From assembly GCF_006345805.1 (NCBI RefSeq), contig NC_043000.1:38998001-39062000 (forward strand): DNA of 64,000 nt, read 5' to 3'. Shown piece after piece: positions 12,591-26,370 of the stretch (within the stretch, counting starts at the first letter, position 1; each line of letters starts with the position of its first letter). The notes under the pieces are model-generated. The model was not told the DNA's origin and ran no database searches. It worked only from the letters and a program-made list of their open reading frames with translations. A program made the position numbers and the translations under genes. The stretch is from Octopus sinensis. Its lineage: Eukaryota.

Positions 12591-13199
12591 TAATAATAAT
12601 AATAATAACAACAACCCGTCCAAACTGTTTCTTTCGAGATTCTTCTAACATCGCCTCGTACTTGTTATACACAAACACGGTGCTAGCATTGCTTTGATTC
12701 TCCCCGACTGCCATACCGGAAACCAACATGACCTAACGAAGAAGTACTCTTCGAGAGGAAAATGATTTACCATTTCTTAAGAATCGTCTTTATTATACGA
12801 CGATATGATAGAATTTCTGTAAAATTCCGTAAAGAATTTAATCCGGCGCTCTAACGTTTCTTTCGATAAATATCGATAATCTATTATTTTTCGCACGCAC
12901 GTTTCCATAAATTCCGATTGGTTATTTACAATCAGTGTTGTATCTAAATAATTGGTCAATTCTTTGGTTTCAGTAGAGTAAAATATTGGCAATATGATAT
13001 TTCATATATTCAAAGGTTAATAGCTACTGGAGAGGATTGAAATATTACAAGAGAGAAGCGAAAATCTATCTCTGACTGGAATCATCGAAATGAAACGTCT
13101 TTGCTGTGGGTGAGAAAACAGAAACAACACTTATAGGAAAAGGGTTGGCAGTCACAGGATATTTTAACCTTTTAGTTTTATTGCTTAATTATTTCAGTC

Positions 13200-13387
13200 G
13201 TTAGTCTGCGGCCATGCTGTGGCATGACATTGAAGAATTTAATTCGAACGAGTCGACCACAGTGTTTGTCTGTTTTTAAAACTCTGGACTTATTCTGTCG
13301 GTATCTCTGGCCGAACAGCTGGGTTACAGGGACGCAAATTAACCAACACTGGTTATCAAGTGGTGGAGGAACAAACATAGTCAAAAA

Positions 13388-13440
<53 letters not shown>

Positions 13441-13534
13441 TAATTGTTATCGCTATATTAATATGGCATTCTTATAGATATAAATAATCGCTGCCGCTGG
13501 TCAGCTCCATAGGGACTTAGTACTTTAATATTTA

Positions 13535-13598
<64 letters not shown>

Positions 13599-13738
13599 AT
13601 ATATAAGACGAGTTTCTTTCAGTTTCCGTCTGCTAAATCCCTCACATAGATTTGGTCGAACCGAGGCTATAGTAGAAGACACTTTCCAAAGATGCTATGC
13701 AGTGAGACTGAATCTGGAATCTTGTGGCTGGGAAGAAA
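13200..13738 (-). mobile_element. SINE family B split by microsatellite expansion
   Basis: Head/body at 13605-13738 and tail at 13200-13380, both reverse complement. Confidence 0.6.
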
Positions 13739-13739
13739 G

Positions 13740-13770
<31 letters not shown>

Positions 13771-13904
13771 TTATTATTATTATTATTATTATTATATTAT
13801 TATTATATTATTATTATTATTATTTAAATATTATTTATTATTATCATCATCATCATCATCATTATTATTATTATTATCATTTTATTATTATTATTATTAT
13901 TATT

Positions 13905-14065
13905 TTATTGAGTTCAAATTCCACCGAGGTCGACTTTCCCTTTCATCCTTTCGGGGTCGATTAAATAGGTATCAGTTTCGCACTGGAGTCGATGTCGTCG
14001 ACTTAATCCTTTTGTCTGTCTTTGTCCTTTCTATGTTTAGCCCCCGGTGGGCAGTAAAGATTAAA
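13905..14065 (+). mobile_element. SINE family A, partial
   Basis: gagttcaaattccaccgaggtcgactttccctttcatcctttcggggtcga ... gtttagcccccggtgggcagtaaag. Confidence 0.8.
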
Positions 14066-14780
14066 AATAATACACCGGAATTTTGATCTGAGGTACTTTC
14101 AACTGCGTATACTAATTTAATTCAAGCTGGCTAGATATCGCAAAATTAAGTAAATACTTTAGTCACTGACATTCATATCAGAACAATTATTTTGAGGTTT
14201 TGCCCACAATATCAAAGGATGAGTTTAAGTAATGAGCATTAACATCACTACTGATCATGCAACAATGGTTTCAAATTGTGGAACAAGGCCAGCAATATCA
14301 GAGTATGAGATAACTCGATTACATCGACTCCAGTACTCTAATGGGACTTACTTTATGACCGCGAAGCAATGAAAGACGAAGTCGAACTTGGAATTTGAAT
14401 ACAGAACGTAATAAGACGGATGAAATGCAGTTATCCCTTTTCTTCGTATTAATATTCAGACACGTGTTTCTATTGAATAAGTGTCCTAGTGTCGTTTGTT
14501 ATAACAGTTTTGCTCATTTAGCTGACCTACATTAAATCAGTTCTACTGCACGTTTGGATCTAAAGGTGGACAATCTTAAATAGCTTTATTCGGGTGCGTG
14601 AAAGGAACAAAGACAGTTACCCAGCAGAAACATGTGTTGGAATATATGAAGAAAAGGCTTTAATAAATGAATTTTGAAGATGCATATTATTCATTCTTCA
14701 TTTTGAAATCTTGCTTATATATGTATATGCGTGTGTGTGTGTGCGTATGTGTGTATACAAACATATACATATATATGTAT

Positions 14781-15112
14781 GAGTGTGTGGCTCAGTGGTT
14801 AGAGCGTCGAGCTTACGATTGTGAGGTTGTGAGCTCGAATCCCGGACCGGGCTGCGTGTTGTGTTCTCGAGCAAGGCACTTTATTTCACGTTGCTCCAGT
14901 TCACTCAGCTGTAGAAATGAGTTGCGACGTCACTGGTGCCAAGCTGTATCGACCTTTGTCTTTCCCTTGGATAACACTGGTGGCGTGGAGAGGGGAGACC
15001 GGTATGCATGGGCGACTGCTGGCCTTCCATAAAAACAACCTTGCCCGGACTTGTGTCTAGGAGGGTAACTTCCTAGGTGCAATCCCATGGTCATTCATGA
15101 CCGAAGGGGGTC
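14781..15112 (+). mobile_element. SINE family C (tRNA head, gtgttctcgagcaaggcacttt domain)
   Basis: A box tggctcagtggttag, B box gctcgaatccc, tail ...atcccatggtcattcatgaccgaagggg. Confidence 0.8.
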
Positions 15113-15262
15113 AAGGTATGTATGTAAGTATGTAAATATATATACACACACACATATATGTATATATATATACATACACACACGCGCGCGCGCACGCACA
15201 CACATACACTCACAACACACAACACACACACCACACACACATATATATATATATATATGCTG

Positions 15263-15490
15263 AGACACCCTTCGGTCATGACTGACCATGGGATTGCACC
15301 TAGAAAGTTACCTGCCCAGGCACAAGTCCGGGCAAGGTTGTTTATGGAAGACCAGCAGTCGCCCATGCATACCAGTCTCCCCTCTCGAAATCACTGGTGT
15401 TATCCAAAGGAAAGACAAAGGGGCCGATACAGCTTGGCACCAGTGACGTCGCAACTCATTTCGACGCTCTAACCATTTAGCCATGCAACT
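15263..15490 (-). mobile_element. SINE family C, internally deleted, inverted relative to 14781-15112
   Basis: Reverse complement of the tail and body, with the head fused directly to aatgagttgcgacg. Confidence 0.8.
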
Positions 15491-15509
15491 TCATATGCAT
15501 ATATATATA

Positions 15510-15815
15510 TCTTTATATATAAAATTGAAGTTGTGTGTGTGAGACTCTGTCTCCTCCGATTTAGATTCCTGACTACTCCCACATTTTGCGGTGCAGTTTA
15601 ACCAAAAGCGGGTATCTTATAGTCGTCATTCATATCGAGCCCTTCTGGGTATTAGCGCGCGTCTACGATGAGTCTATGATTAAAAAAAAAAATTACCATC
15701 ATTTTTCCGCATTTTTAATTATTTTTGTCAGGTTATATAAAGGAAGTAACTCTCTAAAAATGCTTATATAGTTATTTCCCTTACAAACCCGAGGAACGCC
15801 GGGCGATACTGCTAG
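15510..15815 (+). mobile_element. Non-autonomous Helitron/Helentron-like element, short copy
   Basis: Inserted between A and T. It has a 5' TC, a subterminal hairpin cccgaggaacgccggg and a 3' CTAG. Homologous to 34100-34612. Confidence 0.75.
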
Positions 15816-15895
15816 TATATATATATATATATACATACACACACACATATATATACATATACATATGCATATATATATATATATATATATATATC

Positions 15896-17331
15896 ATGGC
15901 TCGGCTTCGCGAACGAAGATCAGGAAGGCTGTCCACCTCGCGTGCCTGCACGCTCATGACTGACAAGTCCAATATGGGAAAGGCAGGTCCGTGAGCAGTG
16001 TCCACAGACAATGGTAACATCCGGTGAAGTGTCAGAGGCGGCTCGCGCCTTCGTCCTGCGTCTCTTGTCTTTAAGTGCGTCTCTTCTTTGTTCCTCAAAC
16101 TTGCTGACTGCGTTGAAGATCGTGTGGCGCCAGACATCACGGTCCGCAGCCAGGTCTGACCAGCATTGGTTGTTAATTTGACAAGCTATTAGAGACTTCT
16201 TGAGGCAGTCTTTGTAGCGCTTCCTCGGAGCTCCTCTCACTCAGTGGCCGGTGGAGAGTTCGCCAAACAAGGCAATCTTTGGAAGGCGATGGTTCTCCAT
16301 TCTGGAGACATGCCCTGCCCATCGGAGGTGTTACTTCAGCAGCGTGGCTTCAATGCTGGGGATCTCGGCCCGCTCCAAGACATCAATGTTTGTGACGAAG
16401 TCACTCCAGTGAATGTTGAGGATGGTGCGGAGACATCGCTGGTGGAAGCGCTCGGGGAGACGGATATGACTGCGGTAAGTGATCCAGGTCTCTGAGCCAT
16501 AGAGATGAGTGGTGAGAACCACGGCCCTGTAGACACTGATCTTTGTATTGTTCTTCAGGCCACCATTGTGCCAAACACGTTCGTACAATCTGCCAAAGGA
16601 GCTATTTGCCTTAGAAAGTTTATTGTCAATTTTCTTATCGATCCTTGCATCGGATGAGATGATGCAGCCCAGGTATGTAAACTGCTGTATTGATTTCAGT
16701 TCGGTACCGCAGATAGTGATGTGGGTTAGGCGGTATTCCTCTTTGGGTGTAGGTTGGTGAAATACCTCCGTCTTCTTGAGGCTGACCTCCAGGCCAAAGA
16801 GCTTTTAGGATGCAGAACGTGGATATGTCCTTTGGCCTGCGCTAGTGAGTTTTTTAGGGTGAAGTGCAGTGCGCGCAAACTGGCCCCACCCTTTAAGCAC
16901 GAGATTCATCTGCCATGGCCTAGCCAGCTGGGACGGTGACAGCGAGATCCTCGGGCCGTAGGTTTGAAGTCGGAATTATCCTCTCCTAGGAGGGTTGCCA
17001 ACCATGGCTGACGAGCCCCTCCTGCCCATGCCATCCAAACCATGGTGAAACAGAGAAAAGGATCCATGGTTTTCAGTAGGACTATACTACCCGGTTGCCT
17101 AGGCCAGAATAGGGGGTTAGCTTAGGAGACCCCACCCGGAGCCTTTGACTAAAAAGTCTATCTACAAGGCAGCAGAGCGTTGGATAGCCGTTGACTACGC
17201 TGTAGTTCTTCCGCCCTTTGACATGTCCTATTTTTTTTTGTCCTGCAAGGTGTCCAAGAAACACCCGCCTCACCAAGCAAGCCTCGTGGGGTTGCCAGTT
17301 TAGTCGCAGACGACCCGACCATGTAACAGGT

Positions 17332-17334
<3 letters not shown>
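15896..17334 (-). mobile_element. RTE (BovB-like) LINE derivative, internally deleted: 5' UTR joined to the post-RT 3' end
   Basis: FGLEVSLKKTEVFHQP, FTYLGCIISSDARIDK, VYRAVVLTTHLYGSETW, LRWAGHVSRME, RGAPRKRYKDCLK and a terminal CGHCSRTC..IGLVSH. About 500 bp of GC-richer 5' UTR lies upstream, with no APE or RT core. Both flanks are (TA)n. Confidence 0.85.
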
Positions 17335-17380
<46 letters not shown>

Positions 17381-17410
17381 TATATATATATTAGATGCAT
17401 ATATATATGC

Positions 17411-17452
<42 letters not shown>

Positions 17453-18268
17453 CGACAAACCAATGTGACGACAAAGGAGCTAGCTCTCAATAGCCTTGCG
17501 AATAGTAGATAAAATTTATTAAATAACAAGGGATGTAAACTTCAATTCAGGACAATACATTTCTGTATCAACAATTCAATAATTGTTCGACTTCATCAGT
17601 TTATGCAAGTCCTTTTTTTTTCTTTTGTTTTTTGCTTATTAGAGGTATGTTTGTTTTGTATTTTCACTGGCGGTGCACAAATATACACTGAACTTCTACG
17701 AGATACGTTAATGGTTCTGCTCGCTTGCTACTTTACTAATTATGTAATTATATTAGAAAAGTGCTTCTCGACTTGAGTATTTCTTTACGGTGCTTACTGC
17801 TTATGATATAAAATACAAGTCAGAAACTTTTCCGTGTGATTGTGAATTGTAACTACCTGGAGCTAGGTATCAAGGTTTGGTCATTGACTGAGCTCTTAAG
17901 AAACTTATATTAACAACTAAATTACTCGTTCAAGCATTAGGCTTCCACTTTCTTCCTCTCCTAAAAAGATTTAATGATATTTTTTAGTATTTATCAGTTG
18001 GAACTTGAAAGTCTGAAGTGTGAAGCACATCAAAGAAAACAATACCTGCTTTTTACTAGGTGAACGCAATCGCATCACTAAAGCGTAGCGCGCCTAACCA
18101 GATTTGCAGCTTTCATGTGTGTGCGTATGTCTGTGGAAATATATGTGCGTGCGTGTGTGTGTGTGTGTGGTGTGTGTGTGTGTGTACACACAAAAAGAAA
18201 GAAATAGGTACATAGATAAATGTGCAGAAATACAAATATATATATAATTATACATACAAATATGTATC

Positions 18269-18343
<75 letters not shown>

Positions 18344-18424
18344 ATACATACACACAAGAGCACGCAACTAGACACGGACATGCGCGCCCACGCAAGTTTA
18401 TACATTTATATGTATATAAATATA

Positions 18425-18467
<43 letters not shown>

Positions 18468-18599
18468 GAGAGAGAGAGAGAGAGATACAATCATACATAC
18501 ATACATACTACATATATGTATTTATATACATATATATATATATTTATATATAGATAGATACATACATACATGCATGCATCTATATATATATAAATGTAT

Positions 18600-18635
<36 letters not shown>

Positions 18636-18793
18636 GTGTTGTGGTGTGGGTGTGTGTGAATATATATATATATATACACACACATATGTATGTATGTATT
18701 TACATGATACATCACATGATGCTGAATCAATATAAATATTTACTAACACTACAGTTGCTCTTCTTATGACTGTCAATCGTTGTTCTGGTTGTC

Positions 18794-18827
<34 letters not shown>

Positions 18828-18847
18828 GTTATTATTATTATCGTTAA

Positions 18848-18913
<66 letters not shown>

Positions 18914-19229
18914 CATTATTATTATTATTATCTTATCGTCTTTATTTTATTGTTTAATGAGTCAAGACGATTGGCCGGAATAGAACGTTATTGTGACCGT
19001 CCTAAAATGGCGGCTAAAGCAAAGAAAAATAGCCGTGAAATGTGTCTTTCTATTTCCGTGATAATCTACTAAATAATGGTCATAAAACGGATGCAAATGA
19101 TTGAACTGTGTGCTGAGAGATCGATACTGAGGCAAATGTCGTTGATGGTTTAATTGTGTGAAGGGATTTAGCGATTTAGTCTAATAGTATCGATGTCCAT
19201 GTATTTACAAATTATATTCACACACTCCC

Positions 19230-19650
19230 ACTCATATTTTATACTATATTATGTTATATTATTTTATCTTATATTAACTTATATTAATTTATCATATCTT
19301 ATATTATGTTATATTATTTATCGTATCTTAAATTATATTGTTATATTATTTTATCGTATCTTATATTATATTGTTATATAATTTTAACGTATCTTATATA
19401 TTTTTATATTTTATATATATTTTATCTAGTTTCAGCTGACGAGCTGTGGCCATGCTGGGGCACCGCCATTATATTAATTTATATTATTTTATCCTATATT
19501 ATATTGTCATATTTTTATCGTATCTTATATTATGTTATATTATTTTATATTATTTTATCTTATATTATGTTATATCATATTATCGTATCTTATATTATGT
19601 TATATTATTTTATCTTATATTGTATATTGTATTATATTGCATTATATTAC
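19230..19650. repeat. (TATAT/TATCT)n pentanucleotide-like satellite with an embedded 40-bp SINE tail fragment
   Basis: Recurrent ttatcgtatcttatattat; fragment gagctgtggccatgctggggcaccgcc at about 19441. Confidence 0.8.
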
Positions 19651-20112
19651 ACACATGCACACACACACAGACACACACACACACACACACACAAACACTG
19701 TGGGTAACTGCGAATTCGATGTTGCCGCTTACTAAACACTGTCATTCCTTTGGCAGTATATGTATAATATATCATTATTCTACAAAGAAATGCACTGAGT
19801 AAATCGTTAGTTTAAAGTTAAATTTCTTTAATTATAAATTAAAATAAAGCGATGAACTGATGGAGTCGTTTGCACGCCAACTGCAGCGCTTAACGGCGTT
19901 TCGTCCGTCTTTACGTGCAAAGTTCATATTCCATCGAAAACCATTTTGCCTTTCATCATGTTCAGGTCGATGAAATATGTATCACTCGAGCTCTATAGAT
20001 CGATGTAATCGTCTGGACTCTCACCCAAAATGACGGGCCTTCCACATATAGTAGAAAAGATAACTCAACATAAACAAACATTAATACACAACTATATATA
20101 TGTATATATATA

Positions 20113-20155
<43 letters not shown>

Positions 20156-20337
20156 CGGGAAGCTTTATGAAAATAGACAAAAGACGAAGGCATGCATTAC
20201 ATAAACACACTGACACTGGCACATAAACGACTGCAGTGAGCTGAAGTCAGTCATTTCACCAACATTTTCAAGAAAGCATGATGGAGATGCCGCACAGAGA
20301 CCAACGTTATATATCAGCACACACACACACACACACA

Positions 20338-20391
<54 letters not shown>

Positions 20392-20633
20392 GTATATATA
20401 TTATTGTTCTTAGAGCATATTAAGCATTTATAAATTACATTATCAATATTACAATTATTAGAGAGCTTACATTTAGTCTAATCACGAGATGAACATTTTT
20501 CTATATCTTGATTAAGACTGCCATCACTCTCGGCTATGTTATAGCTAGAATTATTTATTGTACTATTATAATAATTATTTAATTTCTTATTATTTATAGA
20601 GGAAATGATATTACCTACATTCTTATATATACA

Positions 20634-20692
<59 letters not shown>

Positions 20693-21531
20693 AATAAATA
20701 AAACATATGCATATATACATACATATATGTACGTACCTACCTCTACATGTATATATACATGCATATATGGGTACAGGATACCAAAAAAACGTCGAACACA
20801 ATGAGAAACGAAAACGTAAACACAAAACCAAGGAAATGGACATTTTTTAAAACAACGAAAAAACTGCGAAAATCAAATTAAATAAAATTTGAGATTTTTT
20901 TGCGGAGGGGTAAAAATGGTAACAAAAACAGGACAGTAACGACAGTACAAAATATAAACAGTAAAAGACAGGACAGAGAATATATATATATTAATAAAAG
21001 GAATTCCAACCTTCTCTGATTTTCACGTTTTATTTACAATTTTATAATCATATAATATAAGATAATATAATATAATAAAATAAAATAAAATAATAGAATG
21101 TTAAATGTTCATTCTGATTGAACTAGTACTTTCATGCATTAAATTCTGCAATCTTCAGGTTCATGTAGTTGTGGTGACAGTCATGCTTCGCAATTTTTGA
21201 CTATATATATATATATATATATATATGAAAGTTCCAAAAAGCTGATTTCTTTGATTCTGTGGCGTATATATTTCTGTCTGGACGAGCTTCCCGTCCATCA
21301 CAGGATGATTAGGTTTTGCCAGCTGAATGGAATGCAGCAACGCGAAATGAAGTGTTTTGCACAAGAACACAATGCATCGCCCAGTCCAGGGATCCAAACC
21401 ACAAGCTTATGACCATGCGAACCATATCCTCACCACTAAGCTACACTCCTCACAGAGAGATACGTTCATATAATATAGTATCTATCTAACTATCTATCTA
21501 TCTACCTATCTATCTATCCATCTATCTATCC

Positions 21532-21607
<76 letters not shown>

Positions 21608-21869
21608 ATATATATATACAGATATATATATATTTATAATATATATATATATATATATTACATAAGTATGTATATTATGTATGTATTATGCCTTTCGAAT
21701 CCAAGTATTTAAACTTTCAGAGCTCAGGGAACAGTCGGTTAATTGGCTCAATATATATGAGTATATGCAGACATTTATATATATATATGTTTATATATAT
21801 ATATAAATACATATATATATATACATACATACATACATACATACATACATACATACATACATACATACA

Positions 21870-21900
<31 letters not shown>

Positions 21901-22428
21901 GTATATATGTATGTATACGCGCGCGCACACACATATATACCCTATTGAATCTAAATTGTAAAACCAGCCTCGGGCGGGTTCCAAACTCCACTTGTGTTCT
22001 TCAAGTGGCGGTTGTAATCGGACATTACCTGGGACTTACCTGGTTTTATATATATCATATTTACTCGTGTATAAGAAGATGAAAATCAATATAAATCAGT
22101 CTTAAATTTACTAAAATTTAAACTGAAATTTGCAATCAGACTGTGGAAGCGGTATCTTACACATAGCAGTATTAGCGATTAGTAATTGCAGCGTCTTGTG
22201 GAGATGGAGCCATTTTCTATTCTTATTGTAATGCAACATTATATATAGGAGCGACTATAGGGGCAGGTGGCTGAACCTTTAGCATGCCGGACATAATGCT
22301 TAGTGACATTTCCTCATTTTTCATCCTTTAAAATAAGTATCAGTTGAGCACTAAGAGGCAATGTAACCGACTTGTACCCTCTCCCAATATTTCAGGCTCT
22401 GTGCCCCACAAATAAAAAGGATTAAATA

Positions 22429-23033
22429 CGGGTCCGTCGCTAAGCTCCTGCAACCTCTGCGGTCACTGGGAGCCTCCGCAGTTGAGTGGTCCTATGTTAA
22501 TATCAAAGTACATAGAGGAGTCATCTGTTTACTTTGGTTAAGATGTTGAACAAGAATTAAACTCTTTGTGTGAACTGAAATTTTTAAGCAATGGAATGGT
22601 AATACATTGTACCTGCAAAAGGTCTTGGAAAAAAAATTACATGGTACCACAAATGTGTAGCAGACTTTGTGGATTGTCTATGATATCTATTGAACATGAA
22701 CTTAGCGCTCAGCTTGATTATTCTGAACTGATCGATCATTTTGCAAAGCGAAAAGTGTGCTGTGTTAGTCTTTGAAAGTTGCCTGGATTATAAAATTGCT
22801 TTTTTATTCATATCTGGAAGCTATGATTATTGAAATTTGTAATAGACCTAAATAAATTTAACTTGTAATTTTTAAGATGTTGTTTAGGATAATGTGAAAT
22901 ATTGAACTTCAGATAGAATAAAGTAAAATTTAGCTACGAATAAAAGGTGCGTAGATTATGAATTTTGATTGACGGGGTGGTGTCTCGAAACAGACAGTCG
23001 TAGGGGTCCTCTAAAAGTCACACGACGGAGCTG
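22429..23033 (+). mobile_element. Internally deleted hAT DNA transposon retaining the dimerisation-domain end
   Basis: TIRs c(g/a)g(g/c)tccgtcg. 8-bp TSD attaaata (22421-22428) / attatata (23034-23041). SRLCGLSMISIEHELSAQLDYSELIDHFAKRK matches the hAT C-terminus. Confidence 0.8.
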
Positions 23034-23041
23034 ATTATATA

Positions 23042-23430
23042 AGGCAGTGAGCTTGCAGAATCGTTAGTGAATCGAGCAAAATACTCAGAATTACCCCCGT
23101 CTTTATATATGCTTGGTTCGAATTCAGCTGAGGTCAACTTTGTCTTTCTTCCATTCAGGATTTAACAAAATGAAGGACCAGTCCAGCAATGAGGTCGATA
23201 TGATTGATAACTCCGCTCCTTACGAAAGTTTAAGCCTTTTGCTAAAATTTGACGCCCTTGTTATTAGAGGTGACCAACTGGCAGAATCGTTAGAGCGTCA
23301 GACAAAATACTAAGCAGAATTTCTTCTGGCACTTTATGTTCTCAGTTCATTTATGTTTTGGCCCTTTATGCACTGAGTCAAATTTGCAGTTCAACCTTCC
23401 GAGATCAATAAAATAAAGTAACGGTCAAGT
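23042..23430 (+). mobile_element. Two tandem old SINE family A copies
   Basis: Two heads (gagcttgcagaatcgttag and caactggcagaatcgttag) with decayed bodies. Confidence 0.55.
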
Positions 23431-23444
23431 AATGAAGGACATAT

Positions 23445-23985
23445 GTCATTATCCAATTTTATTTCAAGATTTCTTGCCAATAGAGAGTGTGCCGGTTCCT
23501 AACCTTCATCCTAGACTTCTGCATTGGAATTTCACCAACATCAATAGGGAATTTTTGCATGCATGTGCGTATTTGTGCAGTATTTGGAATCAGTGTATGT
23601 GAAAATTTGTAGGCTTTGTTTGTGTATCTTGACATGCGTCTAAGATTTACAGCTTTCTCCTTTCTAGTTTTGAGAAGCCTAATTTCTCAAAATTGGTGCT
23701 TAGGTAGTTTATTATATATCCTTGTTCCGCAATGGTTACAGGTATAAACATGAACTTGTAATCCGGGTAGAGTAACTATAAATTTCTCAATAGTTCATTG
23801 CAGGTGTTTTCTTTTCCGCTGATATTTAGCTTTATGTTAACATCCTGATGTCCACTATCGCACACAGTTTCTCTTTCCTGTCTCAAATCACTATGTCTGG
23901 TCTATTATGTTCACTTTTTATTAAGGCTTTCACGGAGACATTCCAACAGTACATTTTTTATTTGAGTGAATATGGCCTCTATCAT
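23445..23985 (-). mobile_element. 3' fragment of the same (CATA)n-associated RLE-LINE family
   Basis: YCWNVSVKA..EHNRPDIVI.DRKEKLC, ENTCNELLRNL.LLYPDYKFMFIPV, FEKLGFSKLERRKL. Homologous to 36720-37080. The 5' end abuts (TACA)n at 23986-24078. Confidence 0.75.
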
Positions 23986-23987
23986 AC

Positions 23988-24018
<31 letters not shown>

Positions 24019-24332
24019 TGTATGTATGTATGTATGTATGTATGTATGTATGTATGTATGTATGTATCTATGTATGTATGGAAAGAATGAATGAAAATGA
24101 AACTATATTTTCGATGTTTAAAATGAGTCGTTAGAGAGACGCCGTTAAATTGTACCTGCCCTGAAGAAATCCATCAATAAAATTAACTCTAATCTCTAAT
24201 AATCCACTTTTGCTGTTTTTTCTTATTTAAATACCGGATTATCGTTAAATGGATCTAATTACAGGCAAACACCACGCTTAATATTTTAATTCAATTTCCG
24301 GTCGGCGTAACAAAATTCTATTATTAGCCGTA

Positions 24333-24658
<326 letters not shown>

Positions 24659-24664
24659 CATTTT

Positions 24665-24979
24665 TATTGTTGTTGTTGCTGCTGCTGCCTTTGCACATTT
24701 TATAACACTGGAGATGTACTACAGTGTCAGCTGTTCACTACCAGCCAACTAAGGTAACACCACTTATTTTTCGAGCACCTTCAGGAGTATTCGAGCGGTT
24801 CCAAGCAGTGCTGTTTTCTGCAAGTGTTCCAAACTTATTGCAGCCCCTATTTGTTCCATGTACTTCTCGAGATTTTTGCTCACTATTCCCAGGGCCCCGA
24901 CAATTATTGATACAACTACCACATTTTTCATCGACCACAACTTCTTAACCTCCCAAGCTAACCTGTCATATCTATCGAC
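24665..24979 (-). mobile_element. 3' end of a second R4/Dong-like RLE-LINE family, flanked by (AAT)n
   Basis: DRYDRLAWEVKKLWSMKNVVVVSIIVGALGIV...LQKTALLGTARILLKVLEK*, then a short 3' UTR. (ATT)n lies on both sides. Confidence 0.8.
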
Positions 24980-25018
24980 TATTATTATTATTATATTATT
25001 ATTATTATTATTATTATT

Positions 25019-25576
25019 GAGTGAGAGAGCAGTGCATGCCATCAAAGTGACACTGGGGTAAAATATACGAAGCCCAGTATACCCATCATGACTACCCGTC
25101 TGATAAGGGTACACCAGGCACATGCATCACAACCATATGTGCGCGACATGATGATCTCATATCAAGATAAACAGCACATGACCTTGTAGGTGTGGCCCAG
25201 TTAGAATTTTCTTCTGGTCGAGTAACCCATCCTGCTCAAAAGGTCCCTGAATAAGGGTTGTTTAAGGATGTTGAACGAAACACCTATATATCCAGAGGTG
25301 AATTATTCAAACCCCAAAGAATCCCTCTCAACACATGGCTATGATACTCCCCCACTACTTCTGCTCATGATCAGAGATGCACATATCATCAGCCACTAAG
25401 GAACATGCTCAACTGGTTAAGGTCAAACAACTGACAAGCAAATCTGTGGTATTGAACAGAATATTTGCTGTAGCCCATCTTTTATACTAAGACAAAACAA
25501 CGTACATGATAACACTTCCAATCAGTTAAGATCAGAAGCCATGAGAACCACTGCCTGGTACTGCATCAGGGCATTT
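25019..25576 (-). mobile_element. ~560-bp non-coding interspersed element in an (AAT)n array, copy 1; orientation inferred
   Basis: Highly similar to 25616-26080, bounded on both sides by (ATT)n, with no recognisable ORF. Confidence 0.7.
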
Positions 25577-25580
25577 ATCA

Positions 25581-25615
<35 letters not shown>

Positions 25616-26075
25616 GAGTGAGCGAGCAGAGCATGCCATCAAAGTGACACTGGGGTAAAATATACGAAGCCCAGTATACCCATCATGACTACCCGTCTGA
25701 TAAGGGTACACCAGGCACATGCATCACAACCATATGTGCGCGACATGGTGATCTCATATCAAGATAAACAGCACATGACCTTGCAGGTGGAGCCCAGTTA
25801 GAATTTTCTTCAGATCGAGTAACCCATCCCGCTCAAAGGTCCCTGAATAAGGGTTGTTTAAGGACGTTGAACGAAACACCCATGTTTCCAGAGGTGAATT
25901 ATTCAAACCCCAAAGAATCCTTCTCAACACATGGCTATGATGCTCCCCCACTACTTCTGCTCGTGATCAGAGATGCACATATCGTCAGCCACTAAGGGAT
26001 ATGCTCAACTGGTTAAGGTCAAACAACTGACAAGCAAATCTTTGGTATTGAGCAGAATATTTGCTGTTGCCCATC

Positions 26076-26080
<5 letters not shown>
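25616..26080 (-). mobile_element. Same ~560-bp element, copy 2, truncated at one end
   Basis: Collinear with 25019-25480. It shares the identical terminus gagtgag(a/c)gagcag next to (ATT)n. Confidence 0.7.
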
Positions 26081-26116
<36 letters not shown>

Positions 26117-26138
26117 GTTGTTGTTGTTGTTGTTATTG

Positions 26139-26370
26139 AAGGCAGTGAGCTGCCAGAATCGTTATCACGCCGGGGGGGGGGGGGGCTTAATGCATAGCGA
26201 TATTTCGTCTGCCGCTACGATTTGTGTTCAAATTCTGCCAAGTTCGACTTTGCCTTTCCTCCCTTCGAGGTCGATTATTAAATAAGTACCAGTTTCGCAC
26301 TGGGATCGACGAAATCTACTTACCCTTCCCTCTCCCCAGATTTCGGGCCTTGTGCCTATAGTAGAAAGGA
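26139..26370 (+). mobile_element. SINE family A with alternative tail (gggccttgtgcctatagtagaaagg)
   Basis: Head gtgagctgccagaatcgtta, B box, conserved body. Confidence 0.75.

Noticed and set aside
12600-13000. Two short complex ORFs (81 and 71 aa, minus)
   Set aside because: Interrupted by stops, no family motif recognised, and no consistent splice phases.
17560-17605. CUGAUGA plus a hairpin plus GAAA on the minus strand
   Set aside because: No helix I pairing and helix III is not formable.
21950-22045. Tandem minus-strand CAG|GTAAGT and CAG|GTAATG sites next to a short peptide-like frame (NVRLQPPLEEHKWSLEPARGWFYNL)
   Set aside because: No polypyrimidine tract for acceptor use, AT-rich non-coding sequence upstream for donor use, and no recognisable homology.
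25380-25400. CUGAUGA/CUGACGA in both copies of the 560-bp AAT element
   Set aside because: The downstream sequence gives GAAG rather than GAAA and no consistent helices; the U/C difference is explainable by CpG decay.
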